Shown piece by piece: positions 1 to 10,577 of a stretch of 64,000 nt of DNA. This DNA is from an uncultured Gemmatimonadaceae bacterium (lineage in GTDB: Bacteria > Gemmatimonadota > Gemmatimonadetes > Gemmatimonadales > GWC2-71-9): assembly GCA_964348295.1 (NCBI GenBank), contig CAYGBV010000061.1:23694-87693 (forward strand), written 5' to 3'. Within the stretch, counting starts at the first letter, position 1, and every line of letters begins with the position of its first letter. A program made the translations under genes and the position numbers. Below the pieces are notes generated by a model that saw nothing but the letters and a program-made list of their open reading frames with translations, did no database searches and was not told the origin of the DNA.

Positions 1-156
1 TCTTGCCCACCTCTTCGTGCACCGACGCCGTCTTGACCCAGATACCGACCGCTACCGACCGAACCTCAGGGAGCACCTCCGAGATTACGGTGACCCCATT
101 CTCGGCGTCGGTCCGATACAGCCGCTCGTCGAGCTTGACGGTCTGCATCGCGGCGT

Positions 157-2268
157 TCAGCGCCTTCTGGCGGCCTTCTCTGCCGACGGCTCCTTCTTCA
201 ACAGTGCCTTGCGGGAGAGCCGCATCTTGCCGCGGTCGTCGATCTCCAACAGCTTTACGCGCACCAGGTCGCCCTTCTTGACGACGTCCTCCGTCTTGTT
301 GGTGCGCTCGTGCTGGAGCTCGGAGATATGTAGCAGGCCTTCCTTCCCCGGCAAGATCTCCACGAACGCACCGAAGGCCGTCGTGCTCTTGACCGTACCC
401 TCGTACACGGCCCCCACTTCCGGCTCCGCCACGATCGCCTCGATCATATTGCGCGCACGCTCACCGGCGGCGCCGTCCACCGAGGAAACGGTGACCAGCC
501 CAGAGTCGTCCACGTTGATCTCCGCGCCGGTCTCATCCTGGATGCCGCGGATGATCTTGCCCTTGGGGCCGATGATGTCCCCGATCTTCTCCGGATCGAT
601 CTGGATGGTGATGATGCGCGGCGCGTACTTCGAGAGCGTGGAGCGCGGCTCGGAGAGCGTCTGGGCCATCACGTCGAGGATGTGTAGCCGCGCCGCCCGC
701 GCCTTGTTGAGCGCCTGGCCGACGATCTCGAGGCTGAGCCCCTGGATCTTGATGTCCATCTGCACCGCGGTGACCCCGTCCCGCGTTCCCGCGATCTTGA
801 AGTCCATGTCACCGAGGTGATCCTCGGTGCCGAGGATGTCGGTGAGCACCGCGACCTGGTCGTCCTCCGTGATGAGGCCCATCGCCACCCCGGCGCACGG
901 CGCCTTCATGGGCACACCTGCATCCATGAGAGCGAGCGAGCCGCCGCACACCGTCGCCATGGAGGACGAGCCGTTCGATTCCAGAATGTCGGACACCAGG
1001 CGGATAGTGTAGGGGAACTCGTCGTACGGAGGCAGCAGCGCCTGCAGTGCCCGCTCAGCCAAGTGACCGTGCCCTATCTCACGCCGGGAAACGCCTCGCA
1101 CGGGCCGCACCTCACCCACCGAGAACGGCGGGAAATTGTAGTGCAGCATGAAGCTCTTGGTGGTTTCCTGCGGCACGTCGATGTTGTCGATCCGCTGCTC
1201 ATCGGATACCGTGCCGAGAGTGGTGCTCACCAGCCCCTGGGTCTGGCCGCGCGTGAACAGGGCCGACCCGTGGGCCCGGGGAAGCAGCCCCACGTCACAG
1301 CTGATCGGCCGAACGGTGTCCAGGTCGCGGCCGTCGACGCGCTCGCCCCGCTGCAACACCTGCTGGCGCATCGTGGCTGCCTCGAGTTCGTCGAGCACCT
1401 TCCTGACGTCCGGGCCGCTTTCTGGCAGCTCCTCGGCCAGAGCGTCGGCAACATCCGAGCGCACCGAGGCCAGGGCCTGGATCCGCTCGGTCTTCTCGGG
1501 GAGGTTGAGGGCCTCCTCGATGCGCCCGGCCGCAAGCTCGTGCACCCGACCCACCGCCTCCGCGGGCGGCTCCGTCTTGGTCCACTCCATCTTGGGCGCG
1601 CCTACCTCGGCGACGATCTGTCCCTGCATCGCTACCTGCTCGGCGATGCCCCCTTGCGCGGTAGCAAGCGCGTCGGCGATGTCCTCCTCGGAGACCTCCA
1701 GGGCGCCGCCCTCCACCATGGCGATGGAGTCGGCGTGACCGGACACGACCATGTCCAGGTCGCTGAACTCCAGCTGCTGGAATGTCGGATTCAGCACCCA
1801 CTCCCCCTCCACGCGGCCCACCCGCACACCGGCAATGGGTCCACTCCAGGGCACCCTGGAGATAGACAGCGCCAGCGACGCAGCCGTGATGCCCAGAACG
1901 TCCGCGTCGTTCTCCTGGTCGGCGGAGAGGACATAGACGAAGACCTGGACTTCGTTCTTGAAACCCTTGGGGAAGAGGGGCCGCAGCGAGCGGTCTATCA
2001 GCCGTCCCGCCAGAATCTCCTCCTCAGTCGGCCGCCCCTCGCGCTTGAAGAACCCGCCCGGGATCTTGCCGGCCGCGTAGCTCTTCTCGCGGTACTCGAC
2101 GGTGAGGGGGAAGAACGGGAGGGAGGATTCCGAGTCTGCGACCGTCACGGCCGCGAGGACCATCGTTTCACCAAACTGCACGACGGCGCTTCCCGCCGCC
2201 TGCTTCGCCAATCGCCCGGTCTCCATTCGGAGGTTCCGACCGGAGAAAGGCCGTTCCACGTGCTGCAC
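157..2268 (-). CDS. pnp: polyribonucleotide nucleotidyltransferase (PNPase)
   Basis: 703-aa ORF with duplicated RNase PH-like cores plus KH and a C-terminal S1 segment (VYEGTVKSTTAFGAFVEILPGKEGLLHISEL). GTG start 86 nt downstream of rpsO, the conserved rpsO-pnp arrangement. Confidence 0.95.
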   Translation of the reverse strand: MQHVERPFSGRNLRMETGRLAKQAAGSAVVQFGETMVLAAVTVADSESSLPFFPLTVEYREKSYAAGKIPGGFFKREGRPTEEEILAGRLIDRSLRPLFPKGFKNEVQVFVYVLSADQENDADVLGITAASLALSISRVPWSGPIAGVRVGRVEGEWVLNPTFQQLEFSDLDMVVSGHADSIAMVEGGALEVSEEDIADALATAQGGIAEQVAMQGQIVAEVGAPKMEWTKTEPPAEAVGRVHELAAGRIEEALNLPEKTERIQALASVRSDVADALAEELPESGPDVRKVLDELEAATMRQQVLQRGERVDGRDLDTVRPISCDVGLLPRAHGSALFTRGQTQGLVSTTLGTVSDEQRIDNIDVPQETTKSFMLHYNFPPFSVGEVRPVRGVSRREIGHGHLAERALQALLPPYDEFPYTIRLVSDILESNGSSSMATVCGGSLALMDAGVPMKAPCAGVAMGLITEDDQVAVLTDILGTEDHLGDMDFKIAGTRDGVTAVQMDIKIQGLSLEIVGQALNKARAARLHILDVMAQTLSEPRSTLSKYAPRIITIQIDPEKIGDIIGPKGKIIRGIQDETGAEINVDDSGLVTVSSVDGAAGERARNMIEAIVAEPEVGAVYEGTVKSTTAFGAFVEILPGKEGLLHISELQHERTNKTEDVVKKGDLVRVKLLEIDDRGKMRLSRKALLKKEPSAEKAARRR

Positions 2269-2305
2269 TGTGCTATTCCTTGTTGAGCACCTGAGAATAC
2301 GTCGA

Positions 2306-2333
2306 GGCGCCCGAGGTGCTCATCTCGGGCGCC
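2306..2333 (-). terminator. rpsO-pnp intergenic hairpin (terminator/attenuator or processing site)
   Basis: Perfect 10-bp GC stem GGCGCCCGAG-N8-CTCGGGCGCC between the rpsO stop (2355) and the pnp start (2268). The U-tract is weak, so it may be a partial terminator or an RNase target. Confidence 0.45.
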
Positions 2334-2354
2334 CCTTTGCCCGCGCCGGAGCGA

Positions 2355-2615
2355 CTAGTGGCGGAGACCGAGCTCATCAACGAGCTGACGGTAGCCTTCG
2401 AGGTCGGTCCGCTTGAGGTAGTCCAGCAGGCGACGGCGCCTGCTCACCATCATAAGCAGGCCCTGCCTCCCATGGTGGTCCTTCTTGTGGGCGCGGAAGT
2501 GCTCCGTGAGATGGTTGATCCGCTCGGTCAGCAGCGCGATCTGCACCCGCGCGGACCCGCTGTCCTGGGGGTGCTTCGCGTACCTCTCGACCACGGCTTG
2601 CTTGTCAAAGCTCAT
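2355..2615 (-). CDS. rpsO: 30S ribosomal protein S15
   Basis: 86-aa product [40 protein letters not shown]..., typical S15. ATG at 2615; the longer 161-aa ORF extension is rejected. Confidence 0.95.
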   Translation of the reverse strand: MSFDKQAVVERYAKHPQDSGSARVQIALLTERINHLTEHFRAHKKDHHGRQGLLMMVSRRRRLLDYLKRTDLEGYRQLVDELGLRH

Positions 2616-2720
2616 GAAAAGTGTATCCTCCAATGGCGCGGGCACGGAGAGCGTGTCGTGCCCGTATTTTACAACAGCACACCAATTTAGCCGCCCCTGC
2701 TGACACTGTAAAGCCCGCTG

Positions 2721-3710
2721 GTGACCATCGATCCCGAGACCCTGATCGGCCGAAGCGTCGGCCCCTATACCCTCGACGACATGCTCGGCCAGGGAGGCTT
2801 CGCCTGGGTCTTCGCCGGCCACCGCACCACCGACGGCCAACCCGTGGCGGTGAAGATCCTCAAGCCACGGTACGCAGGGGACGAGCAGTTCGAGTACCGT
2901 TTCCGCAACGAATCCGGCGTGGCTGCCGAGCTACACCACCCCAACGTCATCCGGATCCTGGAAGTGGGCCAGGCGGACGGGTTCACCTACTTCGCAATGG
3001 ACATCTACCCCGATTCGCTGGCCTCCCTGTTGGAGCGGGAGGAGACCCTTCCTGAGGATCACTTGGTCCGGATCGCATGCGACGTGACCGCCGGGCTGGC
3101 CTTCGCCCACGACGCCGGCTTCGTCCACCGTGACATCAAGCCCCACAATGTGCTGCTCAGGGAGGACGGCTCGGCGGTGATCGCCGACTTCGGGATCGCG
3201 CGCGCCGTTTCGGGCTACGTCTCCGCAACCGGGGTCAACATGACCATCGGTACACCGCAGTACATCTCACCGGAGCAGGCCCAGGGTCGGCAGCTGGACG
3301 GGCGCAGCGACCTCTACGCTCTTGGGGTCACGCTCTACAAGGCGGCCACCGGCACCGTGCCGTTCCGTTCCAGCGACTGGTTCGAGCTCGCCAGGATGCA
3401 TGTGGAGGAGCAGCCCGCCGCGCCACACAAGAAGCGCGCCGACATCTCCAAGCGGCTCGAGCGCATCATCCTCAAGTGTCTGGCCAAGCACCCCGACGAC
3501 CGTTACGAGTCGGCCCAGGCGATGCGTGACGAGCTGGACCAGCTCGACGACGCCAGGCGCAAGACGGAGACGTTTGGGATGGCGCCCCGGGCCACCGACG
3601 AGCTCGCGGCCCTGCTGGCCGAGAAGCGCATCCCGCGATGGGTGCTGCCGGTGGTGGCCGTGATCGTGATCGCTGTGGTGGCGGTACTGGTGGTGTTGGT
3701 CGGGAGGTAG
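2721..3710 (+). CDS. Hanks-type Ser/Thr protein kinase, C-terminal membrane anchor
   Basis: GQGGFAWV glycine loop, [20 protein letters not shown] and SPEQ motifs. One C-terminal TM helix ([22 protein letters not shown]). Confidence 0.9.
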   Translation: MTIDPETLIGRSVGPYTLDDMLGQGGFAWVFAGHRTTDGQPVAVKILKPRYAGDEQFEYRFRNESGVAAELHHPNVIRILEVGQADGFTYFAMDIYPDSLASLLEREETLPEDHLVRIACDVTAGLAFAHDAGFVHRDIKPHNVLLREDGSAVIADFGIARAVSGYVSATGVNMTIGTPQYISPEQAQGRQLDGRSDLYALGVTLYKAATGTVPFRSSDWFELARMHVEEQPAAPHKKRADISKRLERIILKCLAKHPDDRYESAQAMRDELDQLDDARRKTETFGMAPRATDELAALLAEKRIPRWVLPVVAVIVIAVVAVLVVLVGR

Positions 3711-3727
3711 GGGTTGGGGGGCTGCGG

Positions 3728-5095
3728 CTATCCCCCGAATATCCTCGCGATGTCGTTGGTGAACACCAGCACCATGAGGCCGATCAGCAGCACCATTCCC
3801 AGCTGCGTCAGCCGCAGCCGGGCGTTGAGGCTCAGCGGCTTACCCCTGATCCCCTCGATGAGGAGGAACACCAGGTGCCCCCCGTCGAGCACCGGGATGG
3901 GGAGCAGGTTGAGGATCGCCAGATTGACCGACAGGAGCGCCATGAAGGAGATCAGCGCCACCATACCCCTGCGGGCGAACTGCCCCGACATCTGTCCGAT
4001 CAGCACGGGGCCGCCGATCTCCCGGGCGGAAATGTCGCCGAACACGATCCCCTTGAGGGTGAACAGCACCAACTCCACGTTGGACCAGGTGCGGTCCCAC
4101 CCTTCGATCACGGCTCCCACCGCGCCGTACTCCGTGCGCAGAGGCTCCACGTAGGGGACGATCCCGACCCGCACTACCTGGACCGGCTCGCCGGTCAGCG
4201 GATCCGGCTCGGTCTGCTGCGCCGGCAGCAGTGGAGCTACGAACACCGAGTCGTCACGCAACAGGGCGAACTGCAGGGTGTCACCGGCGTGCCCCTCCAC
4301 GGCTCGCCGGATGTCGTGGAAGGTGCGCACCGTGTCGCCGTCCACCGCCAGGACCTGGTCGCCCCGCTCGAGTCCGGCCTCAGCGGCTGAATACCCGGGC
4401 GCGACGCCTCCTACCCTGGGCCCCCACGCCGGCTCCAGCGCCACCGCGACGGCAGCCCGGGCAAGGGCCTCGGTGCCCGGAATGGGGAGGACCACCGGGT
4501 CCACATCCCCGGCGAAGTCGAAGCGCAGGCGATCCGACGTCGGGTCGATCACGCGCTGTATGATCTGCTGCCACGACGCCACGGTGTCCCCGTTCACCCG
4601 CAGGATTTCGGTACCGAGGGGCACATCCCCCAGCGCCGCGGCGTCTGGGGGGAGTCTCTCGGCCTCGATCCACCCGATGGCCGTGGTGGGGTCTTCCGTC
4701 CGTCCCAGTGCCGCTGCGAGTCCCGCGTATGCCAGCCAGGCAAACAACATGTTCATCACTACGCCCGCAGTGATGACGAAAATGCGGGCGGGCAGCGACT
4801 TGCTCTCGAACAGCTTGTCCTCCGGATATTCCGTCTCGAGCTCACCGCCCTCGATGGCGGCCATGGCCTCCTGCTCCTCCTTGCTCGCCATCTTCACGTA
4901 GCCACCCAGGGGGAACCACGCCACCACGTACTCCGTCTCGCCGCGCCGGAACCGCAGCGGGGTGGCGCGCCCGAATCCGATCGAGAAGCGCGGCACGCCG
5001 ATCCCCACGGCCTTGGCCGCCAGAAAGTGCCCTAGCTCGTGCACGAAGATGAGGACCCCGAGAACGAAGACGAAGGCTGCTAGCGAGAGCAGCAT
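3728..5095 (-). CDS. rseP: RIP zinc metalloprotease RseP (site-2 protease)
   Basis: HELGHFLAAK (HExxH) in the first TM, a central PDZ-like region, and C-terminal NLLPIPVLDGGH. The ATG at 5095 gives a typical N-terminus (MLLSLAAFVFVLG). An upstream ATG at 5122 is also possible. Confidence 0.9.
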   Translation of the reverse strand: MLLSLAAFVFVLGVLIFVHELGHFLAAKAVGIGVPRFSIGFGRATPLRFRRGETEYVVAWFPLGGYVKMASKEEQEAMAAIEGGELETEYPEDKLFESKSLPARIFVITAGVVMNMLFAWLAYAGLAAALGRTEDPTTAIGWIEAERLPPDAAALGDVPLGTEILRVNGDTVASWQQIIQRVIDPTSDRLRFDFAGDVDPVVLPIPGTEALARAAVAVALEPAWGPRVGGVAPGYSAAEAGLERGDQVLAVDGDTVRTFHDIRRAVEGHAGDTLQFALLRDDSVFVAPLLPAQQTEPDPLTGEPVQVVRVGIVPYVEPLRTEYGAVGAVIEGWDRTWSNVELVLFTLKGIVFGDISAREIGGPVLIGQMSGQFARRGMVALISFMALLSVNLAILNLLPIPVLDGGHLVFLLIEGIRGKPLSLNARLRLTQLGMVLLIGLMVLVFTNDIARIFGG

Positions 5096-6225
5096 AGTGC
5101 CTCCCCTCGTTCCCGCGCCCACCGGTCGGCCTCGAGGACCGTCGCAAGCTCGGTCACCGATTGCACGTCATGACTCTCCAACACGCTCTCGATCAGTTCA
5201 CCAATCGCCCCGAACGCGATCCGGCCCTCGAGGAAGGCCTGGACCGCCACCTCGTTCGCGGCGTTGTACACCGCCGGGGCGGTGCCGCCTTCCCGTCCCG
5301 CTGCCACCCCCAACCGGAAGGCCGGGAAGTCGGCCTCCCTGAGCGGCTCAAACGTCAGCGCACCAGCGGTCACCGGGTCGAACCACCGGGCTCCCGCGTC
5401 CGTCACGCGCTCCGGGTGCGTCAGTGCGTATAGAATGGGCAGCTCCATCGTGGGAAAGCCGATCTGGGCCAACACCGAACCGTCCACGAACTCGGTGAGC
5501 GCATGCACGATCGACTGCGGGTGCACGACCACCTCAATGGCATCGTACCCCAGGCCGAACAGGTGGTGCGCCTCGATCACTTCCAGGCCCTTGTTGGCCA
5601 GGGTGGCACTGTCCACCGTGATCTTCGGTCCCATCTCCCAAGTCGGATGGCGCAGGGCCTCCGCGGCGGTGGCATCCCGGAGCCGCTCCGTTTCCCACTC
5701 CCGAAACGGCCCGCCGGAGGCCGTGAGGATAAGCCTGCGGAGCTCGGTGGATGCATGTCCGGCGACGCATTGCAGCACTGCGCTGTGCTCGGAGTCCACC
5801 GGTATGATCTCGCCGCCCCCGTTGGCGGCGGCCGCCAACACCAGCTCGCCCGCCATCACCAGGGTCTCCTTGTTGGCCAGCGCGACGCGCTTCCCGGCCC
5901 CGAGCGCCGCAAGGGTAGCCTCCAGCCCGGCAGCACCCACGACGGCGTTGACCACGATGTCGGCCTCGGGATGCGTCGCGGCCTCGATGAGGCACCCCGG
6001 TCCGGCGGACACCGGTATGCCACCGCGCTCGCACGCTTCCCGGCTGCCGTTCACCAGGCCGACGTACTGGGCCCGCGTCGCCGCCGCCTGCTCGCATAGC
6101 AGGTCACCCGACCCGTGGGCCGTTAGGGCCACCACGTGGAACCGGTCCCGGTGGCGCTCCAGCACACGCAAGGTGGAGGTGCCGATGGACCCGGTGGAGC
6201 CGAGCAGGGCGACGCCCGTCGTCAT
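5080..6225 (-). CDS. dxr: 1-deoxy-D-xylulose 5-phosphate reductoisomerase
   Basis: MTTGVALLGSTGSIGTSTLRVL... N-terminus, 381 aa. The ATG at 6225 overlaps the cdsA stop (ATGA). The 640-aa ORF extension overlaps cdsA and is rejected. Confidence 0.93.
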   Translation of the reverse strand: MTTGVALLGSTGSIGTSTLRVLERHRDRFHVVALTAHGSGDLLCEQAAATRAQYVGLVNGSREACERGGIPVSAGPGCLIEAATHPEADIVVNAVVGAAGLEATLAALGAGKRVALANKETLVMAGELVLAAAANGGGEIIPVDSEHSAVLQCVAGHASTELRRLILTASGGPFREWETERLRDATAAEALRHPTWEMGPKITVDSATLANKGLEVIEAHHLFGLGYDAIEVVVHPQSIVHALTEFVDGSVLAQIGFPTMELPILYALTHPERVTDAGARWFDPVTAGALTFEPLREADFPAFRLGVAAGREGGTAPAVYNAANEVAVQAFLEGRIAFGAIGELIESVLESHDVQSVTELATVLEADRWARERGEALCCSR

Positions 6226-7082
6226 ATGGTGCCGAACACCGACAGCAGAGCAGCTGCCGTGGGAATCGCCCAGTAGAGGGAGTCGAACCGATCCAGCACA
6301 CCGCCGTGCCCCGGGAAAAAGCTCCCGGAGTCCTTCACACCGACCTGGCGCTTGAACAGGGACTCGGCCACGTCGCCCACTTGCCCCATGAGCGAGATCG
6401 CCAGGCCAAAGAGGCCCAACAGCCACCACGCGATCTCGATGCCCGACGGCCGGAGCAGCAGCAGCCCGTAGAGCGGAGCGAGCAGCACCGCACCGAGGGT
6501 GCCCGAGATCGCTCCCGCCCACGTCTTGTTGGGGCTCAGCACGGGTGCCAGCTTCGGGCCGCCGACCAGGGAGCCACCGCCCATGGCGAGGGAGTCGCTC
6601 ACCCAGGTGACGGCGAGGGGAAGGAACACCAGCCAGGTGGCCGCCCAGCGCGACGCCAGCGGCTCGGCGTGCCGGATCAGGAGCAGAAAGGCCGGGAGCC
6701 CACCGGCGTAGAGCGCGGCGAAGACGGTTAGCGCGACCGACTCCAGCGGCCGGTCGGCGGGCCTCCGGGTGGCCACCGCCAGCGCCACGGTGACAAGGAA
6801 CCAGCCCACGACCCCATAGACCGCCCAGCGAGCGTCGAGCCCGGCCCCGCCCGGCGCCAGCGCGAAGCCCAGGAGCGGGAGCGCCGCCGCCCCCAAGTAC
6901 CCCACATGGACCAGCGACCGTACGCCGGCCCTCGACCCGAGGCGGTAGAACTCCGCCGCCCCGGCCACGCCGAACACGGCTAGCAGCCCCGCCAGCACCC
7001 ATCCTCCCAGGTACACGATCCCCAACGCCGCCGGAATGCCGACGGCCGCGACCGCAACGCGGCGGACCATATTGGGAGACAT
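6222..7082 (-). CDS. cdsA: phosphatidate cytidylyltransferase
   Basis: Polytopic membrane protein with the CDS signature SLFKRQVGVKDSGSFFPGHGGVLDRFDS. Confidence 0.9.
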   Translation of the reverse strand: MSPNMVRRVAVAAVGIPAALGIVYLGGWVLAGLLAVFGVAGAAEFYRLGSRAGVRSLVHVGYLGAAALPLLGFALAPGGAGLDARWAVYGVVGWFLVTVALAVATRRPADRPLESVALTVFAALYAGGLPAFLLLIRHAEPLASRWAATWLVFLPLAVTWVSDSLAMGGGSLVGGPKLAPVLSPNKTWAGAISGTLGAVLLAPLYGLLLLRPSGIEIAWWLLGLFGLAISLMGQVGDVAESLFKRQVGVKDSGSFFPGHGGVLDRFDSLYWAIPTAAALLSVFGTI

Positions 7083-7137
7083 CGTGGGGGCTCAGCCTCG
7101 CAGAGAGGGCGAAGTCGCGGGCGGACCGGCGTCCGCC

Positions 7138-7701
7138 TCAGACCTCCATGATCTCTTCTTCTTTGGCCTGCACGAGGGTCTCGAGCTGTCCGATCGCGTC
7201 GTCATGCAGCTTCTGGATGTCGCCCTCGGCGCGGTGCTTGTCGTCGTCCGACACGTGCTCGACCTTCTTGATGCCGGTCCGAGCTTCCTCGCGAGCGTGG
7301 CGCACCGCGATGCGCCCTTCCTCGGCGAGCTTGTGGACGATCTTCACCAGTTCCTTGCGGCGCTCTTCGGTTAGCGGCGGCAGCGGGATCCGGATGATGG
7401 TGCCGTCGTTCGCTGGATTGAGCCCGAGGTCGGCAGTCAGGATCGCTTTCTCCACAGCCCCGATCAGCGTCTTGTCCCACGGTTGCACCGTGAGGAGGCG
7501 GGCCTCCGGCGCGGCTACAGTGCCCACCTGGTTGAGCGGCATCTGCTGGCCGTACGCCTCCACCTTCACCGTGTCCAGCAGGCTGGTCGTGGCCTTCCCG
7601 CTGCGGATGGTGGCCAGCTCCCGCTTGGTGTTGTCCACCGCCTTCTGCATGTGCTGTTTCGTTTGCTTCTTGATGTCGGGCAGGTTGTCTGGCGCGCTCA
7701 T
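7138..7701 (-). CDS. frr: ribosome recycling factor
   Basis: 187-aa product ([37 protein letters not shown]...). ATG at 7701 overlaps the pyrH stop (ATGA). Confidence 0.95.
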   Translation of the reverse strand: MSAPDNLPDIKKQTKQHMQKAVDNTKRELATIRSGKATTSLLDTVKVEAYGQQMPLNQVGTVAAPEARLLTVQPWDKTLIGAVEKAILTADLGLNPANDGTIIRIPLPPLTEERRKELVKIVHKLAEEGRIAVRHAREEARTGIKKVEHVSDDDKHRAEGDIQKLHDDAIGQLETLVQAKEEEIMEV

Positions 7702-8414
7702 TTGACGATGGTCCCGACGCGCTCGCCCTGGAGCACCCGGGCGACCGCACCTCGGTTGTTGACGTTCATGACGACGATCGGAAGACCATTCTCCTGGCAC
7801 AGCCCGAAGGCATTGGCATCCATGACTCGCAGGCCCTTCACCAGCGCCTCCCGGTACGACAACTCCGGAATGAACTCCGCCGCCGGGTCCTGCTTCGGGT
7901 CCGCGGTGTACACACCGTCCACGCTCGTGGCCTTGATCAGGACATCCGCCTCGATCTCCAGCGCTCGGAGCACGGCCGCGGTGTCGGTGGAGAAATACGG
8001 GTTCCCGGTCCCGCCCGCAAATAGCACGACCCGGCCCTTCTCCAGGTGCCGTTGGGCACGGCGCCGTATGTAGGGCTCGGCCAACTCCTCCATCCGGATC
8101 GCGGTCATCACCCGCGTCTGGACCTCCTTGCGCTCCAGCACGTCCTGCAGCGCGAGGGCATTGATGACCGTCGCGAGCATGCCCATGTAGTCGGCCGACA
8201 CCCGGTCGAGCCCCTGCTGGCTCGCCACCGCTCCGCGGATGATGTTGCCGCCGCCTATGACGAGCCCCAGGTCGCCGCCGAGGCTGTGTACCCCACGGAT
8301 CTCATCGGTGAGGCGGTCGATGACCCCGAAATCGAGACCGTAGTCACGGTCTCCGGCGAGGGCCTCGCCGGAGAGCTTGAGAAGTGCCCGCCGGTAGGCG
8401 AGCTCCACCATCAC
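7698..8414 (-). CDS. pyrH: UMP kinase
   Basis: [12 protein letters not shown]-terminal motif, ~237 aa, canonical tsf-pyrH-frr order. Start is GTG 8414 or ATG 8411, abutting the tsf stop. Confidence 0.95.
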   Translation of the reverse strand: MMVELAYRRALLKLSGEALAGDRDYGLDFGVIDRLTDEIRGVHSLGGDLGLVIGGGNIIRGAVASQQGLDRVSADYMGMLATVINALALQDVLERKEVQTRVMTAIRMEELAEPYIRRRAQRHLEKGRVVLFAGGTGNPYFSTDTAAVLRALEIEADVLIKATSVDGVYTADPKQDPAAEFIPELSYREALVKGLRVMDANAFGLCQENGLPIVVMNVNNRGAVARVLQGERVGTIVK

Positions 8415-9013
8415 TCCTCTCCCAGTTCGTAGCGGACGAAGCGCCGCACCACCACGTTCTCGCCGAGCTTCCCGGAGACCTCCTTTACCAGGTCACGGAC
8501 CGATTTCTTGTCGTCCTTCACGAAGGCCTGGTTCAGCAGCACGTTCTCCTTGTAGAACTTCTTCATCTTCCCGTCCACGATCTTCCCTCGAACGTGCTCC
8601 GGCTTGCCGGACTCCGCAACCTGGGCCTCGAAGATCGCACGCTCGCGCTCGACGATCTCTGCCGGTACCTCCTCCTCGGTCACGGCCAACGGCCTGGCCG
8701 AGGCGATGTGCAGGGCGAGGTCCTTCACCAGCCCCTGGAAGTCCTCGGTCCGCGCCACGAAGTCGGTTTCGCAGCTCACCTCGACGAGCACGGCTACCTT
8801 GCCGTTGAAGTGCAGGTAGTTGCCGATGGCGCCCTCCGTGGCCGCCCGACCCGCTCGCTTCTCGGCCTTGGCGATTCCCTTCTTGCGCAGCAGCTCCACG
8901 GCCTTGTCCAGGTCCCCGCCGGTCTCCTGGAGCGCTTTCTTGCAATCCATCATCCCCGCGCCGGTGCGGCCGCGGAGCGCGCCCACGTCTTTCGCATTGA
9001 TCGTTGTCGTCAT
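8411..9013 (-). CDS. tsf: translation elongation factor Ts (short form)
   Basis: N-terminal UBA-like [34 protein letters not shown]; 200 aa; downstream of rpsB. Confidence 0.93.
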   Translation of the reverse strand: MTTTINAKDVGALRGRTGAGMMDCKKALQETGGDLDKAVELLRKKGIAKAEKRAGRAATEGAIGNYLHFNGKVAVLVEVSCETDFVARTEDFQGLVKDLALHIASARPLAVTEEEVPAEIVERERAIFEAQVAESGKPEHVRGKIVDGKMKKFYKENVLLNQAFVKDDKKSVRDLVKEVSGKLGENVVVRRFVRYELGEE

Positions 9014-9112
9014 GTTCCTGGCCTGTCCTGACTCCCTGTGAAAACCGCCGCCTCGGGCTGCGAGCAGCTCGATCAGCGGCGGTCGGCTCCAGTCTGCTTC
9101 AAGCCTGCCGGC

Positions 9113-10060
9113 CTACCCCTGCTTCTCGTCTGCCGCCTGCGCGGGCTGCTCTCCTTGATCGTCACTCGGTGGCGGTGGTGCATCGGCCTCCGCGGCGCCG
9201 GCCTCGGGCTCCGCGCCCTGCTCCTCGTCCTTGAGCCGCGCCGCGATCGCTTCCGGCTTCGGCCGGCGCTTGCGCCGCGGGCGACGGCGGCGGCGGGTCT
9301 CTTCCTCGTCCGCCGCACTCGACTCGGTGCTGTACGTCGAGTAGGCCTCGGAGTCACTGGCGGCCTCCCGCACCGGCACCTGCTTCCGCGCCTCGCCGAC
9401 CACGTCCACCAGGGCGCCCGTGATCAGCGACACCGAGCGGATGGCGTCGTCGTTGCCCGGGATCGGTACGGTGATCAAATCCGGGTCCGCGTTCGTATCG
9501 ACGATGGCCACAACCGGGATGCCCAGCTTGTTGGCCTCGGCGATCGCGATGCGCTCTTTCCTGGCATCCACCACGAAGACGGCGCCGGGCAGCCGGGACA
9601 TGTTCTTAATGCCCTCGAGGTTCCGGTTCAGCTTTTGCCGCTCCCGCTCGAAGTGCAGCCGCTCCTTCTTGGTGAAGAACTCGAACGCGCCCTCGTCCTG
9701 TCCCTGCTCAAGCTCCCGCAGGCGCCGGATCTGGCGCTTGATGGTCTGGAAGTTGGTGAGCGTGCCTCCCAGCCAACGCTCGGTCACGTAGTACGCTCCA
9801 CACCGCTCGGCTTCGGCCTTCACGATCTGGTTGAGCTGGCGCTTAGTGCAGACGAACAGCACGTTCTCGCCGCGCAGCACCACCTCGCGCAACAGGTCCT
9901 GTGCCGCCCTCAGCTGGCGCAGCGTCTTTTGTAGATCGATCAGGTAGATGCCGGAGCGCTCGGCGAAGATGAACCGGCGCATCTTCGGGTTCCAGCGTCT
10001 CGTCTGGTGCCCGAAGTGCACACCGGCCTCTAGCAGATCCTGCAGCTGCGGTTCACTCAT
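9113..10060 (-). CDS. rpsB: 30S ribosomal protein S2 with charged low-complexity C-terminal tail
   Basis: GVHFGHQTRRWNPKM motif. A ~90-aa Ala/Glu/Arg/Pro-rich tail follows the conserved core. Confidence 0.95.
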   Translation of the reverse strand: MSEPQLQDLLEAGVHFGHQTRRWNPKMRRFIFAERSGIYLIDLQKTLRQLRAAQDLLREVVLRGENVLFVCTKRQLNQIVKAEAERCGAYYVTERWLGGTLTNFQTIKRQIRRLRELEQGQDEGAFEFFTKKERLHFERERQKLNRNLEGIKNMSRLPGAVFVVDARKERIAIAEANKLGIPVVAIVDTNADPDLITVPIPGNDDAIRSVSLITGALVDVVGEARKQVPVREAASDSEAYSTYSTESSAADEEETRRRRRPRRKRRPKPEAIAARLKDEEQGAEPEAGAAEADAPPPPSDDQGEQPAQAADEKQG

Positions 10061-10159
10061 GTAGCTCGTTCCTCAGGGTTCGTCGTCCACCGCCTTCCGC
10101 TCCCGCGCCGATTCGCCACGCCGGCGAACACCCCGTGCGGGATCCAGCGGTGTGGGTAT

Positions 10160-10567
10160 TTACCGCTTCGAGAACTGGAAGCGCTTCCGCGCCCCCGGCT
10201 GTCCCGGCTTCTTGCGCTCCACCGCGCGGGGGTCGCGCGTGAGTAGCCCGTGCTCGCGCAGCTTGCGCCGGTGCGTCTCGTCCGCCTTGACCAGCGCCCG
10301 GGCGATCGCCAGGCGCAGCGCGCCCGACTGGCCCGTGGAGCCCCCACCCGCCACGCGTGCCTTCACATCGAATGCCCCCAGCGTGTCGGTCACGGTGAAG
10401 GGCTGCTGGATATGCTGGATCAGCGAGCGCCGGGGGAAGTAATCACCCAGGGTGCGCCCGTTGACGTCCCACTTGCCCGAGCCCGGCGTGAGGTACACCC
10501 GAGCCACCGACGTCTTACGACGCCCCACGGCGTGCCACCGGAGTTCGGGTTCCACTGCAGTCGACAT
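10160..10567 (-). CDS. rpsI: 30S ribosomal protein S9
   Basis: GGGSTGQSGALRLAIARAL and C-terminal KKPGQPGARKRFQFSKR. Confidence 0.95.
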   Translation of the reverse strand: MSTAVEPELRWHAVGRRKTSVARVYLTPGSGKWDVNGRTLGDYFPRRSLIQHIQQPFTVTDTLGAFDVKARVAGGGSTGQSGALRLAIARALVKADETHRRKLREHGLLTRDPRAVERKKPGQPGARKRFQFSKR

Positions 10568-10577
10568 ATCCAGTTCC

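Noticed and set aside
817-2286. 489-aa plus-strand ORF covering the pnp region
   Set aside because: It lies entirely antisense to a well-conserved PNPase gene. Its Arg/Gly/His/Leu-rich composition is typical of open antisense frames in high-G+C DNA. No SD and no recognisable motif.
2639-2664. Hairpin CGGGCACG-N10-CGTGCCCG followed by TATTTT in the rpsO / kinase divergent region, as a plus-strand terminator
   Set aside because: No plus-strand gene lies upstream for it to terminate. It sits in the rpsO 5' region on the other strand and could belong to an S15 autoregulatory leader, but I cannot support that from the sequence alone.
6226-7002. N-terminal 259-codon extension of the dxr ORF (the 640-aa reading)
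   Set aside because: It overlaps cdsA in another frame and is Arg/Gly-rich. The canonical Dxr N-terminus MTTGVALLGSTGSIG starts at 6225 with an ATGA overlap. Similar upstream extensions were rejected for aroA (to 20371), nadK (to 48831), pheS (to 59451), pheT (to 58474), xseA (to 53021), frr (to 7800), rpsO (to 2840) and the BCCP-like gene (to 11928).
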